Assembly (NCBI GenBank): GCA_963745755.1
Contig: CAVUYP010000001.1
Span: 930,667-994,666, forward strand
Source: an uncultured Conexibacteraceae bacterium
GTDB lineage: Bacteria > Actinomycetota > Thermoleophilia > Solirubrobacterales > 70-9
Length of the DNA: 64,000 nt
Reading direction: 5' to 3'
Made by a program: the position numbers and the translations under genes
Notes under the pieces: generated by a model
What the model was told of the DNA's origin: nothing
The model's database searches: none
The model's input: the letters and a program-made list of their open reading frames with translations, nothing else
Part shown: positions 1 to 8,678 of the stretch, piece after piece
Position numbering within the stretch: position 1 is the first letter of the stretch
Layout: each line of letters opens with the position of its first letter

Positions 1-264
1 GCCAACAACGGCTGCGGCAGCTGCCACACCTTCGCCGCCGCCGGCTCGCAGGGCGCCGTCGGGCCGAACCTCGACGAGGGGCTGTCCGACCAGACGGCCC
101 AGCAGATCGAGAAGAACATCGTCGACCCGAACGCCGAGATCGCCAAGGGATTTCAGCCGAACATCATGCCCGCCAACTACGGACAGACGATCGATCCGAA
201 GGATCTGAAGCTGCTCGTCGACTTCCTCTACGAGAACAGCCGCCCGTCCAAGGGCGGCGGCTGA
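1..264 (+). CDS. c-type cytochrome, C-terminal fragment (5' end outside window)
   Basis: Frame 1 is open from base 1 to TGA at 262-264. The translation ANNGCGSCHTFAAAGSQGAVGPNL...NIMPANYG has a CxxCH haem-c motif and a downstream Met candidate ligand. It lies next to the cta oxidase genes. Confidence 0.7.
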   Translation, partial: ANNGCGSCHTFAAAGSQGAVGPNLDEGLSDQTAQQIEKNIVDPNAEIAKGFQPNIMPANYGQTIDPKDLKLLVDFLYENSRPSKGGG

Positions 265-293
265 GCAAGGGCCCCAGCGGGGCCGCCGAGCCG

Positions 294-524
294 CTACCGG
301 CTCGGCGGATCCTCGTCGTCGGGCGCGGCGAGCATCTGCCGCAGCCAATCGCCGGCCCGCCAGAGGCCGAAGCCGACGGCGATCACCGCCAGGACCGCCC
401 CCAGCGTCTTGCTGACCAGGATCGCCGAGCCGATCACGATCACCGCCGCGGCGATGATCATCACCAGGATCCGGAACGCGTCCTGCTCGGACTGGAACGG
501 ATTGCGGAGGTCCTTCTCGGCCAT
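294..524 (-). CDS. small hypothetical membrane protein (two predicted TM helices)
   Basis: ORF 294..572 trimmed to the internal ATG (MAEKDLRNPF...). Hydrophobic stretches ILVMIIAAAVIVIGSAILV and LGAVLAVIAVGFGLW. No family recognised and the start is uncertain. Confidence 0.4.
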   Translation of the reverse strand: MAEKDLRNPFQSEQDAFRILVMIIAAAVIVIGSAILVSKTLGAVLAVIAVGFGLWRAGDWLRQMLAAPDDEDPPSR

Positions 525-587
525 CCGCTGATCTTCGCAGGCGCGCCGCTCGGCCCGCCGGACCGCGGTCACGGATAGGTTGCTGCG

Positions 588-1082
588 GTGCGACTCGTCG
601 CCTTCCTGCTCGCCTGCGCCGCCGGCCTCGGCCTCGGCCTGCTCGGCGACCAGCCGCTGATCGGCCTCGCGCTCGCCGCGGTGCTGCTCTATCCGCTCGG
701 CCTGTCGTTCGTGATCGGCGGCGAGCGCGACAGCGGGCGGCGGCCCGTCCCGGTCGGCCCGGCGCTGCTCGCCGGCGTCGCCGGCTCGCTCCTCGTCGTC
801 TTCCTGGTCCGGCTCGCGATCGCCGCCCCGGACTGGGTCGATCCGCTCAGCGCCGACTGCGGCGGCCCCTCGACCGGCTCCCAGCAGCTCGCCACCTGGT
901 TCGCCACGATCGCCTTCCTGATCGCCGCCGTCCCCGAGGCCGTCAACCTGGCCGCCCTCGGCGGCCGCCTGCGCGGCCCCGGGCCGCTCTCCGGCCTGCC
1001 GCTCACGCTCGGCCTCTTTCCGTTCGCGGTCGCGCTCGCCGGCCTCGCTCTGATCATCGCCGGCTACGCAACGAGCTGCTGA
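588..1082 (+). CDS. hypothetical integral membrane protein
   Basis: 164-aa ORF with several hydrophobic segments (LVAFLLACAAGLGLGLL, LLAGVAGSLLVVFLV, FPFAVALAGLALIIAG) and GC3-rich codons. No family recognised. Confidence 0.4.
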   Translation: MRLVAFLLACAAGLGLGLLGDQPLIGLALAAVLLYPLGLSFVIGGERDSGRRPVPVGPALLAGVAGSLLVVFLVRLAIAAPDWVDPLSADCGGPSTGSQQLATWFATIAFLIAAVPEAVNLAALGGRLRGPGPLSGLPLTLGLFPFAVALAGLALIIAGYATSC

Positions 1083-1084
1083 CG

Positions 1085-1339
1085 GTGGCGAGCCGACCGT
1101 ATCCCAGCAAGGAAGCCGCCGAGGCGGCCTGCGCCGAGCTCGCCGAGACCCACGCCGACCGCACGACCCATCGGTTCCTGCCGCGCCGCCGCGCCGAGGG
1201 CTGGGAGGTCGTCAAGGTGGCGCTGCCACCGCCCGCCGGCGAGCTCGGCACCGAGACCAGGGCCGACGAGAAGCCCCCGACGCCCGACGACCCGCGGTCG
1301 GCCCACTACCGCAACGTCGGGCCGTACACGGGAACTTGA
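1085..1339 (+). CDS. hypothetical protein
   Basis: 84-aa ORF starting 3 nt after the previous stop (TGACGGTGG). Its composition is not Arg/Pro junk. No family recognised. Confidence 0.3.
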   Translation: MASRPYPSKEAAEAACAELAETHADRTTHRFLPRRRAEGWEVVKVALPPPAGELGTETRADEKPPTPDDPRSAHYRNVGPYTGT

Positions 1340-1390
1340 GCTCGGAAGCGGCGCCTGGCCGCCTGCGGCGCTCTCACAGACACTGACCGA

Positions 1391-1415
1391 CAATCGCCGG
1401 ATTGACCGGCGATTG
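1391..1415 (+). terminator. perfect 10-bp stem hairpin downstream of ORF 1085..1339
   Basis: CAATCGCCGG-ATTGA-CCGGCGATTG read directly from the sequence, about 50 nt after the stop. There is no U-tract, so its terminator function is only inferred. Confidence 0.35.
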
Positions 1416-1482
1416 GCGCATTGGGTCGGCCGCCGACCCCGACGATCTCGCCGCCGGTGACAGGCTGCCGGTGGCAGGCTGC

Positions 1483-1530
1483 TAGCATAGTTAGTTACAA
1501 GTGTTACAAGTGCAGTTCTGATTCACGGCT
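1483..1530 (+). promoter_or_regulatory. AT-rich putative promoter/operator with tandem 9-mer GTTACAAGT x2
   Basis: This is the only markedly AT-rich stretch in the first 9 kb (TAGCATAGTTAGTTACAAGTGTTACAAGTGCAGTTCTGATTCAC). Perfect direct repeats lie at 1494-1502 and 1503-1511, about 80 nt upstream of the ATG at 1589, which has a GGGAGG Shine-Dalgarno. Confidence 0.35.
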
Positions 1531-1588
1531 CATGAGGGGATGGGATTACAGGTCGGCTGTATCGCAATCACGAACCCGGGAGGGCGAA

Positions 1589-2359
1589 ATGTTGACCAGA
1601 CCACCACTGAGGCTCACAGTTGCGGCGATCGCCGGGCTGATTCTGGCACTGGCGATGCCCAGCGTCGCCCAGGCGGACCCGATCCAATCGATCACCGCGA
1701 AGCTGAAGCCGACGAAGCTGCCGAAAAAGCGGTACCGGCCCGCTCAGATCCGGGTCGAGATCATCACCGGACTGAACTCGACCGATCCGGTCCACCCTCT
1801 TCAGCCGCCGAGCGCATTCCGGACGAAGGTGAACTTCCCCAGGAACATGAGGTTCGACACCAGGAAGGTCCCGAGGTGCAAGGGCACCGAGGCGGAGCTT
1901 CAGAACACGAGCACCAAGCGGGCGATCCGGATCTGCAAGCGGAAGTCGATCGTCAGCAAGGGGTCGGGCCTCCCGACCGGCCCGGAGCCGGCCATCGGTA
2001 CATCCGCCTGGGTCACCATCGATCTCGGCGTCAGCGTCGGCGTCCCGGTGGTGCTGACTGCGTTCAACGGCGAGAGGAAGAACCAGATCTTCCTTCACGC
2101 ACGTGCCGACTCCGTCAACAACACGTCGTTGCTGGTCGGGCGGATCAAGAAGGGCCCGAAGGGCTTCGGGAAGACCCTGAACGTGAAGATCCCGCCGCTC
2201 CTCGCCGGTGCGATCACGCGTTTCACCGCGACCGTGCAGAACGGCAAGTACGTGCAGGCCCGCTGCCGCAACAAGCGGATGCGGTTCCAGGCGATCACCC
2301 GGTTCACGAACCACCCGACGGCCAAGGACGACTTCCACCAGCGCTGCAAGCGGCGGTAG
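1589..2359 (+). CDS. secreted Lys/Arg-rich hypothetical protein (signal peptide, 4 Cys)
   Basis: ORF 1421..2359 trimmed to the ATG at 1589, preceded by GGGAGG. The N-terminus MLTRPPLRLTVAAIAGLILALAMPSVAQA looks like a Sec signal peptide. GC content is visibly lower than in the neighbours. Confidence 0.6.
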   Translation: MLTRPPLRLTVAAIAGLILALAMPSVAQADPIQSITAKLKPTKLPKKRYRPAQIRVEIITGLNSTDPVHPLQPPSAFRTKVNFPRNMRFDTRKVPRCKGTEAELQNTSTKRAIRICKRKSIVSKGSGLPTGPEPAIGTSAWVTIDLGVSVGVPVVLTAFNGERKNQIFLHARADSVNNTSLLVGRIKKGPKGFGKTLNVKIPPLLAGAITRFTATVQNGKYVQARCRNKRMRFQAITRFTNHPTAKDDFHQRCKRR

Positions 2360-2427
2360 CGCCGCGCGGTCGGCCCCGCCCCGGGCCGTAGGGGCGGGGG
2401 GCTGCGAACCGCTTGAGTAAGCCGTTC

Positions 2428-3054
2428 CTAGAGGATGTAGACCGTCGTGTAGACGATGATCCACATGACGTCGACGAAGTGCCAGTAGATCCCGGGCACC
2501 TCGACGCCGAGGTGGTCCTTGGCGGCGGTGCCGAAGTGGCCGCGCCAGGCGCGGATGTTGGCGAAGCTGAGCAGCAGCAGGCCGACGAACACGTGCGCTC
2601 CGTGCAGGCCGGTGAGGCCGTAGAAGATCGAGCCGAAGGCGCCGTCGCGGGCGCTGAAGCCGATGTGGACGTACTCGTTGATCTGCACGAACAGGAACGT
2701 CGCGCCGAGCAGCCAGGTGATCGCCAGGCCCATCTTCATCGCGTTGCGGTTGCCCTTGCGGGCGCCCTCGAGGGCCCAGTGAACGCTGAACGAGGAGGTG
2801 ACGAGGATCGCGGTGTTGACCCCGGCGACCAGCTTCGGCAGCTCGAACCCGTCGGGCGGCCAGCTGCCGGTCGGGTTCGAGACCTCGCGGAGGAAGAAGT
2901 AGGAAGCGAAGAACGCCCCGAACAGCATCGCCTCGGAGACGATGAAGAGGAGAATGCCGAGCGTCTGACGGTCGATCTTCGACGAGTTGTGCGCCTCGGG
3001 CGGGCCGTGGTGGGCGTGGGCCTGCGCACCGGCGGCGATCGATGCGGACTCCAT
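2428..3054 (-). CDS. ctaE: cytochrome c oxidase subunit III
   Basis: ORF 2428..3192 trimmed to the ATG at 3054, which overlaps the upstream stop as ATGA. LFIVSEAMLFGAFFASYF...FYGLTGLHGAHVFVGL...YWHFVDVMWIIVYTTVYIL is canonical subunit III. Confidence 0.9.
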   Translation of the reverse strand: MESASIAAGAQAHAHHGPPEAHNSSKIDRQTLGILLFIVSEAMLFGAFFASYFFLREVSNPTGSWPPDGFELPKLVAGVNTAILVTSSFSVHWALEGARKGNRNAMKMGLAITWLLGATFLFVQINEYVHIGFSARDGAFGSIFYGLTGLHGAHVFVGLLLLSFANIRAWRGHFGTAAKDHLGVEVPGIYWHFVDVMWIIVYTTVYIL

Positions 3055-3974
3055 CAGGACCCTCCTCCCTCGCTGCCGGCCCCGACCGGGACGGCGCCCG
3101 CCCCGGCACGATTGCCGGCCCCGGCCTCGAAGTGCTCGACCGGGTCGTCGGTGAGCTCCTCGATCCGCTCGAGCAGGCCGTCGGCGATCCACTTCGAGTC
3201 GCGGCCGGCGAAGGTCGAGACGAGGATGTCGTCGACGCGGTAGTGCTCGATCGCGTTGCGGACGGCGGCGAACGGCTCCGAGCCGCCCATCGGTTGCCCG
3301 GTCGCGTCGGCCTCGACGCGGTACAGCGCCGCCATCGTCGACGCCAGCCGGTCGCAGACGTCCTCACGGGAGATCTCGCCGGACGCCGGCGAGATGAACG
3401 TGAACCGGTGTGGCTTCTCGCGGTGCATGCCGATCAGCCGCTCGACGAGGTCGGGCGAGTTGACCGTCTGAGTGGCGATGACGAGCGTGTGGGTGACGTC
3501 CCAGCGGACGGCGTCGTCCTCGATCCGAACCGGGATGTGCTCGACCGGCGCGGCGGTGCGGCTCCGTGCCCACTCGATCAGATCCTTGCGGGCGAGGCCG
3601 AAGCGGGACTCGGGCAGATTCGAGAAGAGCACGTAGGCCGGCGAGAAGGCGCGAACGGCGTCGTCGAAGGCGAGCGGCGGCGACGGGTCGAAGATCGAGG
3701 CGGAGGCGGTGAGGCCGAACTCGTCGAGGATCTCCTGGGTGACCTCGACCCGGCTCAGCGCCGCGTCGCGGACCTCGCCGACGTCGACTATCTGACCGGC
3801 GACGGGCTGGTTCTGCGGGGCGGCGAGGGCGATGTGGCCGGCGCCGGCGTCGACGAGCTCGCGGATCCGGCCGAGCAGCCTGCGGCCACCGGCGACCTCG
3901 TTGAGGAAGGCGAGGACGGTGCCTCCCTCGATGTCGGCGGGGATCTCGGTGGGGTTGGCGACGGGATCGCTCAC
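3054..3974 (-). CDS. tandem universal-stress-protein-like (USP-fold) protein inside the cta operon
   Basis: ORF 3054..4181 trimmed to GTG (VSDPVANPTEIP...), which overlaps the ctaD stop as GTGA. There are two internally similar halves: TVLAFLNEV...AYVLFSNLPESRFGLARKDLIEWARSRTAAPVEHIPV and HTLVIATQT...DDILVSTFAGRDSKWIADGLLERIEELTDDPVEHF. Both resemble the USP C-terminal strand-helix-strand pattern. Confidence 0.6.
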   Translation of the reverse strand: MSDPVANPTEIPADIEGGTVLAFLNEVAGGRRLLGRIRELVDAGAGHIALAAPQNQPVAGQIVDVGEVRDAALSRVEVTQEILDEFGLTASASIFDPSPPLAFDDAVRAFSPAYVLFSNLPESRFGLARKDLIEWARSRTAAPVEHIPVRIEDDAVRWDVTHTLVIATQTVNSPDLVERLIGMHREKPHRFTFISPASGEISREDVCDRLASTMAALYRVEADATGQPMGGSEPFAAVRNAIEHYRVDDILVSTFAGRDSKWIADGLLERIEELTDDPVEHFEAGAGNRAGAGAVPVGAGSEGGGS

Positions 3975-5902
3975 TTCGCCCCTCCCCCGCCGCCGGCCGC
4001 GCCGACGACGGCGGGCTTCGGCTCGGTGACCTCGGCCCCCTCCTCGCCGCTGTGCATGATCGCGTGGCGGGCGCCGGGCACGCCGAACTCGTAGGGACCG
4101 CCGACGACGCGCGGGATCTCGTCGAAGTTGAAGACCGGCGGCGGCGAGGAGACCTGCCACTCGATCGTCTTCGCGCGCCACGGGTTCGGGCCCGCCTTCG
4201 GGCCGAACCGCCAGCTGACGATCATGTTGTAGATGAAGATCAGCTGCACGGCGCCGAGGATGAAGCTGAAGACCGAGATGACCAGGTTCCAGTCGCCGAA
4301 CTGGGCGGCGTAGTCGGCGACCCGTCGCGGCATGCCCTCCATGCCGATCCAGTGCATCGGCAGGAACGTGCCGAGCATGCCGACGAGGGTGCCCCAGAAG
4401 TGCCAGCGGCCGAGCCGCTCGTCGTACATGCGCCCGGTCATCTTCGGGAACCAGTGGTAGATCCCGGCGAAGATCGTGAACACCGAGCCGCCGAACAGCA
4501 CGAAGTGGAGGTGGGCGACGACGAAGTAGGTGTCGGAGACGTGGATGTCGAGCGGGATCATCCCCAGCATCACGCCGGAGATGCCGCCGATCACGAACGT
4601 GACCAGGAATCCGAGCGAGAACAGCATCGAGGTGTTCTCGATGTGCAACTTCGAGTCGAACAGGGTCCCCAGCCAGGAGAAGATCTTGATCCCGGTCGGG
4701 ACGGCGATCAGCAGCGTCGTCACCATCATCGGCACGCGCAGCCAGCCGAACATGCCGGAGACGAACATGTGGTGCGCCCAGACGGCGAAGGCGAGCACGA
4801 CGATGCCGAGCAACGCCAGGGCCATCAGCCGGTAGCCGAAGATCGTCTTGCGGGCGTGGGTCGAGATCACCTCGCTGACGATCCCGAAGCCCGGCAACAT
4901 CATGATGTAGACGGCCGGGTGCGAGTAGAACCAGAAGATGTGCTGGTAGCTGATCACGTCGCCGCCGGCGGCCGCCTGGAAGAAGTTGGTGCCGATCGCG
5001 CGGTCGAGGAGGACCATGAACTGGACCCCGGCGATGAACGGAGTCGCCGCGACGACCAGCAGCGAGGTCGAGAGGTTGGCCCAGACCAGCAGCGGCATCC
5101 GCCAGAAATTCATCCCCGGCGCCCGCATCGTCACGATCGTGACCAGGAAGTTCAGCGCCGTCGCCACCGACGACGCGCCGGCGAACTGGACGCCGAGGTT
5201 GAAGAAAGACTGCCCGAGCGGCGCCCCGGTCGAGAGCGGCGCGTAGCCGGTCCAGCCGGCGTCGAAGGCCCCGCCCGGCGCCAGATAGCTGGCCATGAAC
5301 AGCAGGCCCGCCATCGGCAGCATCCAGAACGACAACGCGTTGAGGCGCGGGAAGGCCATGTCCGGCGCGCCGATCATCAGCGGCAGGACGTAGTTGGCGA
5401 GCCCGGCGAAGACCGGAATCACGAACAGGAAGATCATGAACGCCGCGTGGGTCGAGAAGAGGCTGTTGTAGAGGCCGGGGTCGACGATCTGGGTGCCCGG
5501 CTGGGCGAGCTCGGCGCGGACCAGCATCGCCATCAGGCCGCCGATCAGGAAGAAGATGAACGTCGTGCAGACGTACTGGATGCCGATCACCTTGTGATCG
5601 GTGTTGAACTTGAAGTAGTCCTTCCAGGTCTTGGCGCCGTGCTGGGAGTGGTCGTCGGGGATCGTCGGCGCGCCGGACGCCCAGCGGAACCAGTAGTCGA
5701 AGCAGCCGAGGCCGACCAGGTAGCCGATCGGGCCGGTGATCGCGGGCACGATGATGTGCGGGTAGCCGGTCTGCTCGGTCTGGAAGATCTCGAGGCCGCT
5801 GATCGCCCGCAGCGCGACGACAAGTCCGAACCCGAACCCCATCCCCAGCAGCAGCCCGACGATCGCTCGCGGCTGTCCGGGGCTCTTCAGCGTTGCTACC
5901 AC
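3971..5902 (-). CDS. ctaD: cytochrome c oxidase subunit I (with about 90-aa N-terminal 2-TM extension)
   Basis: 643-aa uninterrupted ORF. NTDHKVIGIQY, WFYSHPAVYIMMLPGFG, VWAHHMFVSGM and VVAHLHFVLFGG are hallmark haem-copper oxidase motifs. Confidence 0.95.
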   Translation of the reverse strand: MVATLKSPGQPRAIVGLLLGMGFGFGLVVALRAISGLEIFQTEQTGYPHIIVPAITGPIGYLVGLGCFDYWFRWASGAPTIPDDHSQHGAKTWKDYFKFNTDHKVIGIQYVCTTFIFFLIGGLMAMLVRAELAQPGTQIVDPGLYNSLFSTHAAFMIFLFVIPVFAGLANYVLPLMIGAPDMAFPRLNALSFWMLPMAGLLFMASYLAPGGAFDAGWTGYAPLSTGAPLGQSFFNLGVQFAGASSVATALNFLVTIVTMRAPGMNFWRMPLLVWANLSTSLLVVAATPFIAGVQFMVLLDRAIGTNFFQAAAGGDVISYQHIFWFYSHPAVYIMMLPGFGIVSEVISTHARKTIFGYRLMALALLGIVVLAFAVWAHHMFVSGMFGWLRVPMMVTTLLIAVPTGIKIFSWLGTLFDSKLHIENTSMLFSLGFLVTFVIGGISGVMLGMIPLDIHVSDTYFVVAHLHFVLFGGSVFTIFAGIYHWFPKMTGRMYDERLGRWHFWGTLVGMLGTFLPMHWIGMEGMPRRVADYAAQFGDWNLVISVFSFILGAVQLIFIYNMIVSWRFGPKAGPNPWRAKTIEWQVSSPPPVFNFDEIPRVVGGPYEFGVPGARHAIMHSGEEGAEVTEPKPAVVGAAGGGGGAK

Positions 5903-5920
5903 CTCGTCAAAACCTCCTGA

Positions 5921-6733
5921 TCACTTCGTGACCTGGTCGTTGAAGACGCCGGCGCCCTTGCCCCCCGCGGCACCGGTGCTGACGTTCCCGTCGGGAATCT
6001 TGGTCTGGTCGGCGATCCAGGAGTCGAACTGGTCCTGGGTCTCGACCACCGCCGCGGCTCGCATCGTCGCGTGGCCCCAGCCGCAGAGCTCGGTGCAGAC
6101 CACCGAGTAGGTGCCCTCGACGTCCGGCGTGACCCGCACCGTGTTGTCGATCTCGTCGCCGCCGGGAAGGTCGGAACCGGGCACCAGGTCCCGCTTGATG
6201 CCCCATTCGGGCACCCAGAAGGAGTGGATGACGTCGAGCGCGTTCATGTGCAGATCGAGTTGCGTGCCGACCGGGACGTGCAGCTCGTTCGAGGTGACCC
6301 CGGCCTCCGGGTAGTCGAAGCGCCAGGCGAACTGCTGGGCGGTCACGTCGACCTCCATCGAGTTCGCCGCCTCGGCCTCGATGTCGTTGAGCACGATCGT
6401 CGAGTAGATGCCGAGGGCGAGGACGATGATCGTCGGGATCGTCGTCCAGATGATCTCGAGCTTGGTGTTGCCGTGGATCGGCTCGCCGTCTGACTCGTCG
6501 CCGGGCTTCGCCCGGTACTTCCAGATCGCGTAGATCATCATCACCACGACGACGCTGAAGACGAGTTGGCTGAGCACGATCGTCACGTTCAGCAGGGTGA
6601 TGATCGGGCCCTTCTGGACCGACCCGTCCATGCCGAGCCAGTCGATGTTGATCATGATCGCCGAAACCACCACGGTGAGGCCGATGGCCGCCGCGGCGAG
6701 CTTCATGAATGTGGCGCGAGACATGTCCTTCAT
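5921..6733 (-). CDS. ctaC: cytochrome c oxidase subunit II
   Basis: 270-aa ORF with two N-terminal TM helices and the CuA site HSFWVPEWG...CTELCGWGHATM. Confidence 0.92.
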   Translation of the reverse strand: MKDMSRATFMKLAAAAIGLTVVVSAIMINIDWLGMDGSVQKGPIITLLNVTIVLSQLVFSVVVVMMIYAIWKYRAKPGDESDGEPIHGNTKLEIIWTTIPTIIVLALGIYSTIVLNDIEAEAANSMEVDVTAQQFAWRFDYPEAGVTSNELHVPVGTQLDLHMNALDVIHSFWVPEWGIKRDLVPGSDLPGGDEIDNTVRVTPDVEGTYSVVCTELCGWGHATMRAAAVVETQDQFDSWIADQTKIPDGNVSTGAAGGKGAGVFNDQVTK

Positions 6734-6806
6734 GGGCCGCCGAGCATTCTATTGAGTGAGCGGCGCCCGGTATTCGCCGGCCGCCGGCGCCGATGTGGTA
6801 GCGATC

Positions 6807-8363
6807 TCACGCCCCACCGCCGGGAACCGGGGGCAGCGCCTCGAGATCTCCCTGCGAGGCCGCCAGCACGGTCCGGGCGACGCCCTCCCAGCTCCAGCGC
6901 TCGCGCACGACGGCGACGAGTTTCTCGCTTGCCGCCTCGCGTTCGGCCTCCGGCAGGCTCAGCCAGCGGTCGAGGCGATCGGCGATCGCCGCGACCGGAT
7001 CGCCGGCAAGCGGAAACGCCGTCAGGTCGGCGAGCGGGCCCGGCAGGTCGGCGGCCAGGGCTGTGGCGACCTCGGCGAGGCCGGAGTGGTCGGCGCAGAC
7101 CGGCAGCGCCCCGCCCGCGGCCGCCTCCGCGGCGACCATCCCGAACGCCTCCGGGAAGGTGCTCGGGACGACCATCGCGTCGCTCGCGCGCACCGCCCCG
7201 GCGACCTCCGCGTACTCGAGCCGGCCCGCCCAGTCGATCGAGCCGGCGGCGGCGCCGGCGGCCTCGGCGTAGCCGGGAGGCGGATCGGCGAGGAAGGCGG
7301 CGAGGCGGCTCAGCGACGCCTCCTCCCCGCCCTCGAGCGCCCAGCCGAGCCGCGCGACCTCGCGGGCATCGTCGAGATCGCCGCCCGCGAGCGCACGGGC
7401 CAGCCGCAGCAGGCCTTCGCGGTACTCGCCGAAGCCGACCATCAGCAGGCGCGCGCCGGGATGACGGGCGGCGACGAGCGGCCAGGCGGCGAGCAGCAGG
7501 TCACAGCCCTTCGAGACGATCAGCTTGCCGACGAAGATCACCCGCGGGCCGGTGGCGGCGGCATAGGCGCGGACGGCGCCCGCGGCCGCCGGCAGGTCGC
7601 GACCGAGGCCGCCCGGCTGCGCCGACTCCAGGGTCGCGGCCAGCGCCTCCAGCTCGGCGCCGGGATCGGCGCCGGCCGGCAGCGGCGAGAACGCCTCGAC
7701 GTCGACGCCCGGCGGGCCGAGCCGCGTCTTCGCGGCGAGCCCGTCGACGGCGACCGTCTCCCAGAGGCTCTCGGCGGTGTGCCGCGAGCCGACCAGCACC
7801 GCCCGCGCCGCGGCGATACCCTCGCGCGCGTAGGGGAGAAAGCGAGGATGCGGGATCACCGTGTAGGAGAGGGCGCTGCCGTGGACCTTCGCCGCGAACG
7901 GCCCGAGGGCGTCAGCGGCGCGGGCGAGGATCGCCGGCCCCATCACGAGGTGGTTGGCGAGGGCGGCGTCGACGCCGCCGGCGCGCTCGCAGACGGCGGC
8001 AACGGCAGCGACGTTCGCCTCGACGTAGGACTCGACCTCGGCGGCGCTGAGATCGGCGAACGGCCGGGCGTCGAAGCCGGCGTAGGCGTCGGCGACGTAG
8101 ACCGGCAGGACGCCGCCGATGTCGGGCAGGTAGGCGGTGATCGAGCCCGCGCCCGGCGCGGAGCCGGCGGTCTCGGCGACGCTCAGCTCGCCGCCCTGCC
8201 AGCGGCCGACGGCATCGATCCACGGCAGCGAGTCGGCCTCGAGGTCCTGGCAGAACAGATGGACGTCGTGGCCGAGCCGCGCCAGTGCCTGGGCGAGGTT
8301 GGCGTTGTAGACGTTGCTGCCGGTGCCGCGCAGCAGGTAGCCGTGGAAGACGAGGATGCGCAT
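6807..8363 (-). CDS. GT4-family (GT-B fold) glycosyltransferase
   Basis: ORF 6807..8639 trimmed to the ATG at 8363 (MRILVFHGYLLRGTGSNVYNANLAQALARLGHDV). The C-terminal half, FVGKLIVSKGCDLLL...MVVPSTFPEAFGMVAAEAAAGGALPV, is typical of retaining GT4 enzymes. Confidence 0.8.
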   Translation of the reverse strand: MRILVFHGYLLRGTGSNVYNANLAQALARLGHDVHLFCQDLEADSLPWIDAVGRWQGGELSVAETAGSAPGAGSITAYLPDIGGVLPVYVADAYAGFDARPFADLSAAEVESYVEANVAAVAAVCERAGGVDAALANHLVMGPAILARAADALGPFAAKVHGSALSYTVIPHPRFLPYAREGIAAARAVLVGSRHTAESLWETVAVDGLAAKTRLGPPGVDVEAFSPLPAGADPGAELEALAATLESAQPGGLGRDLPAAAGAVRAYAAATGPRVIFVGKLIVSKGCDLLLAAWPLVAARHPGARLLMVGFGEYREGLLRLARALAGGDLDDAREVARLGWALEGGEEASLSRLAAFLADPPPGYAEAAGAAAGSIDWAGRLEYAEVAGAVRASDAMVVPSTFPEAFGMVAAEAAAGGALPVCADHSGLAEVATALAADLPGPLADLTAFPLAGDPVAAIADRLDRWLSLPEAEREAASEKLVAVVRERWSWEGVARTVLAASQGDLEALPPVPGGGA

Positions 8364-8402
8364 GCATCCATCCTGGCGGCCGTACCGGATAAGGTTCCGC
8401 CC

Positions 8403-8678
8403 GTGCCCGAGCACCAGATCTACAGGATGCGCGCCCCGGCCTCCGGCCGCGAGGCCTTCGTCGAGGCCGAGCCCGACGGCGTCTACGTCGATCGCGAGAC
8501 CGGCGAGGAGCTCAAGCCCGTGACCAGGGTGCTGCCGCTCGCGCCCTCGACCTCGGCCCTGCTGCGCGCCCCCGAGAACCTGACCGAGTGCCGACGCTGC
8601 CGGCAGCTGATCGGCATCGACCTCAGCGACTGCCCGCACTGCGGCCTCCGCCAGGAAGCGACGAACGGGGGCTCCTGA
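8403..8678 (+). CDS. small zinc-ribbon protein
   Basis: This is the C-terminal part of the long ORF 6756..8678. Plausible starts are GTG 8403 or ATG 8427. It ends with ECRRCRQLIGIDLSDCPHCG (CxxC-x11-CxxC), and its stop overlaps the next ATG as ATGA. Confidence 0.45.
   Translation: MPEHQIYRMRAPASGREAFVEAEPDGVYVDRETGEELKPVTRVLPLAPSTSALLRAPENLTECRRCRQLIGIDLSDCPHCGLRQEATNGGS

Noticed and set aside
6566-8050. Very long Arg/Pro/Gly-rich ORFs on the opposite strand or in off-frames of recognised genes. Examples: 6566..8050, 1568..3367, 4052..5920, 10474..12420, 19793..22057, 31161..33479, 32590..34404, 34410..36308, 37972..40323, 39978..41465, 42329..44122, 50849..52693, 52477..54297 and 53069..54949.
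   Set aside because: They overlap strongly conserved genes (ctaD, GT4, ABC exporter, glmS, dacB, argS, gpmI and others). They have the RRRPRG-type composition expected of stop-poor shadow frames in very GC-rich DNA and carry no recognisable motifs.
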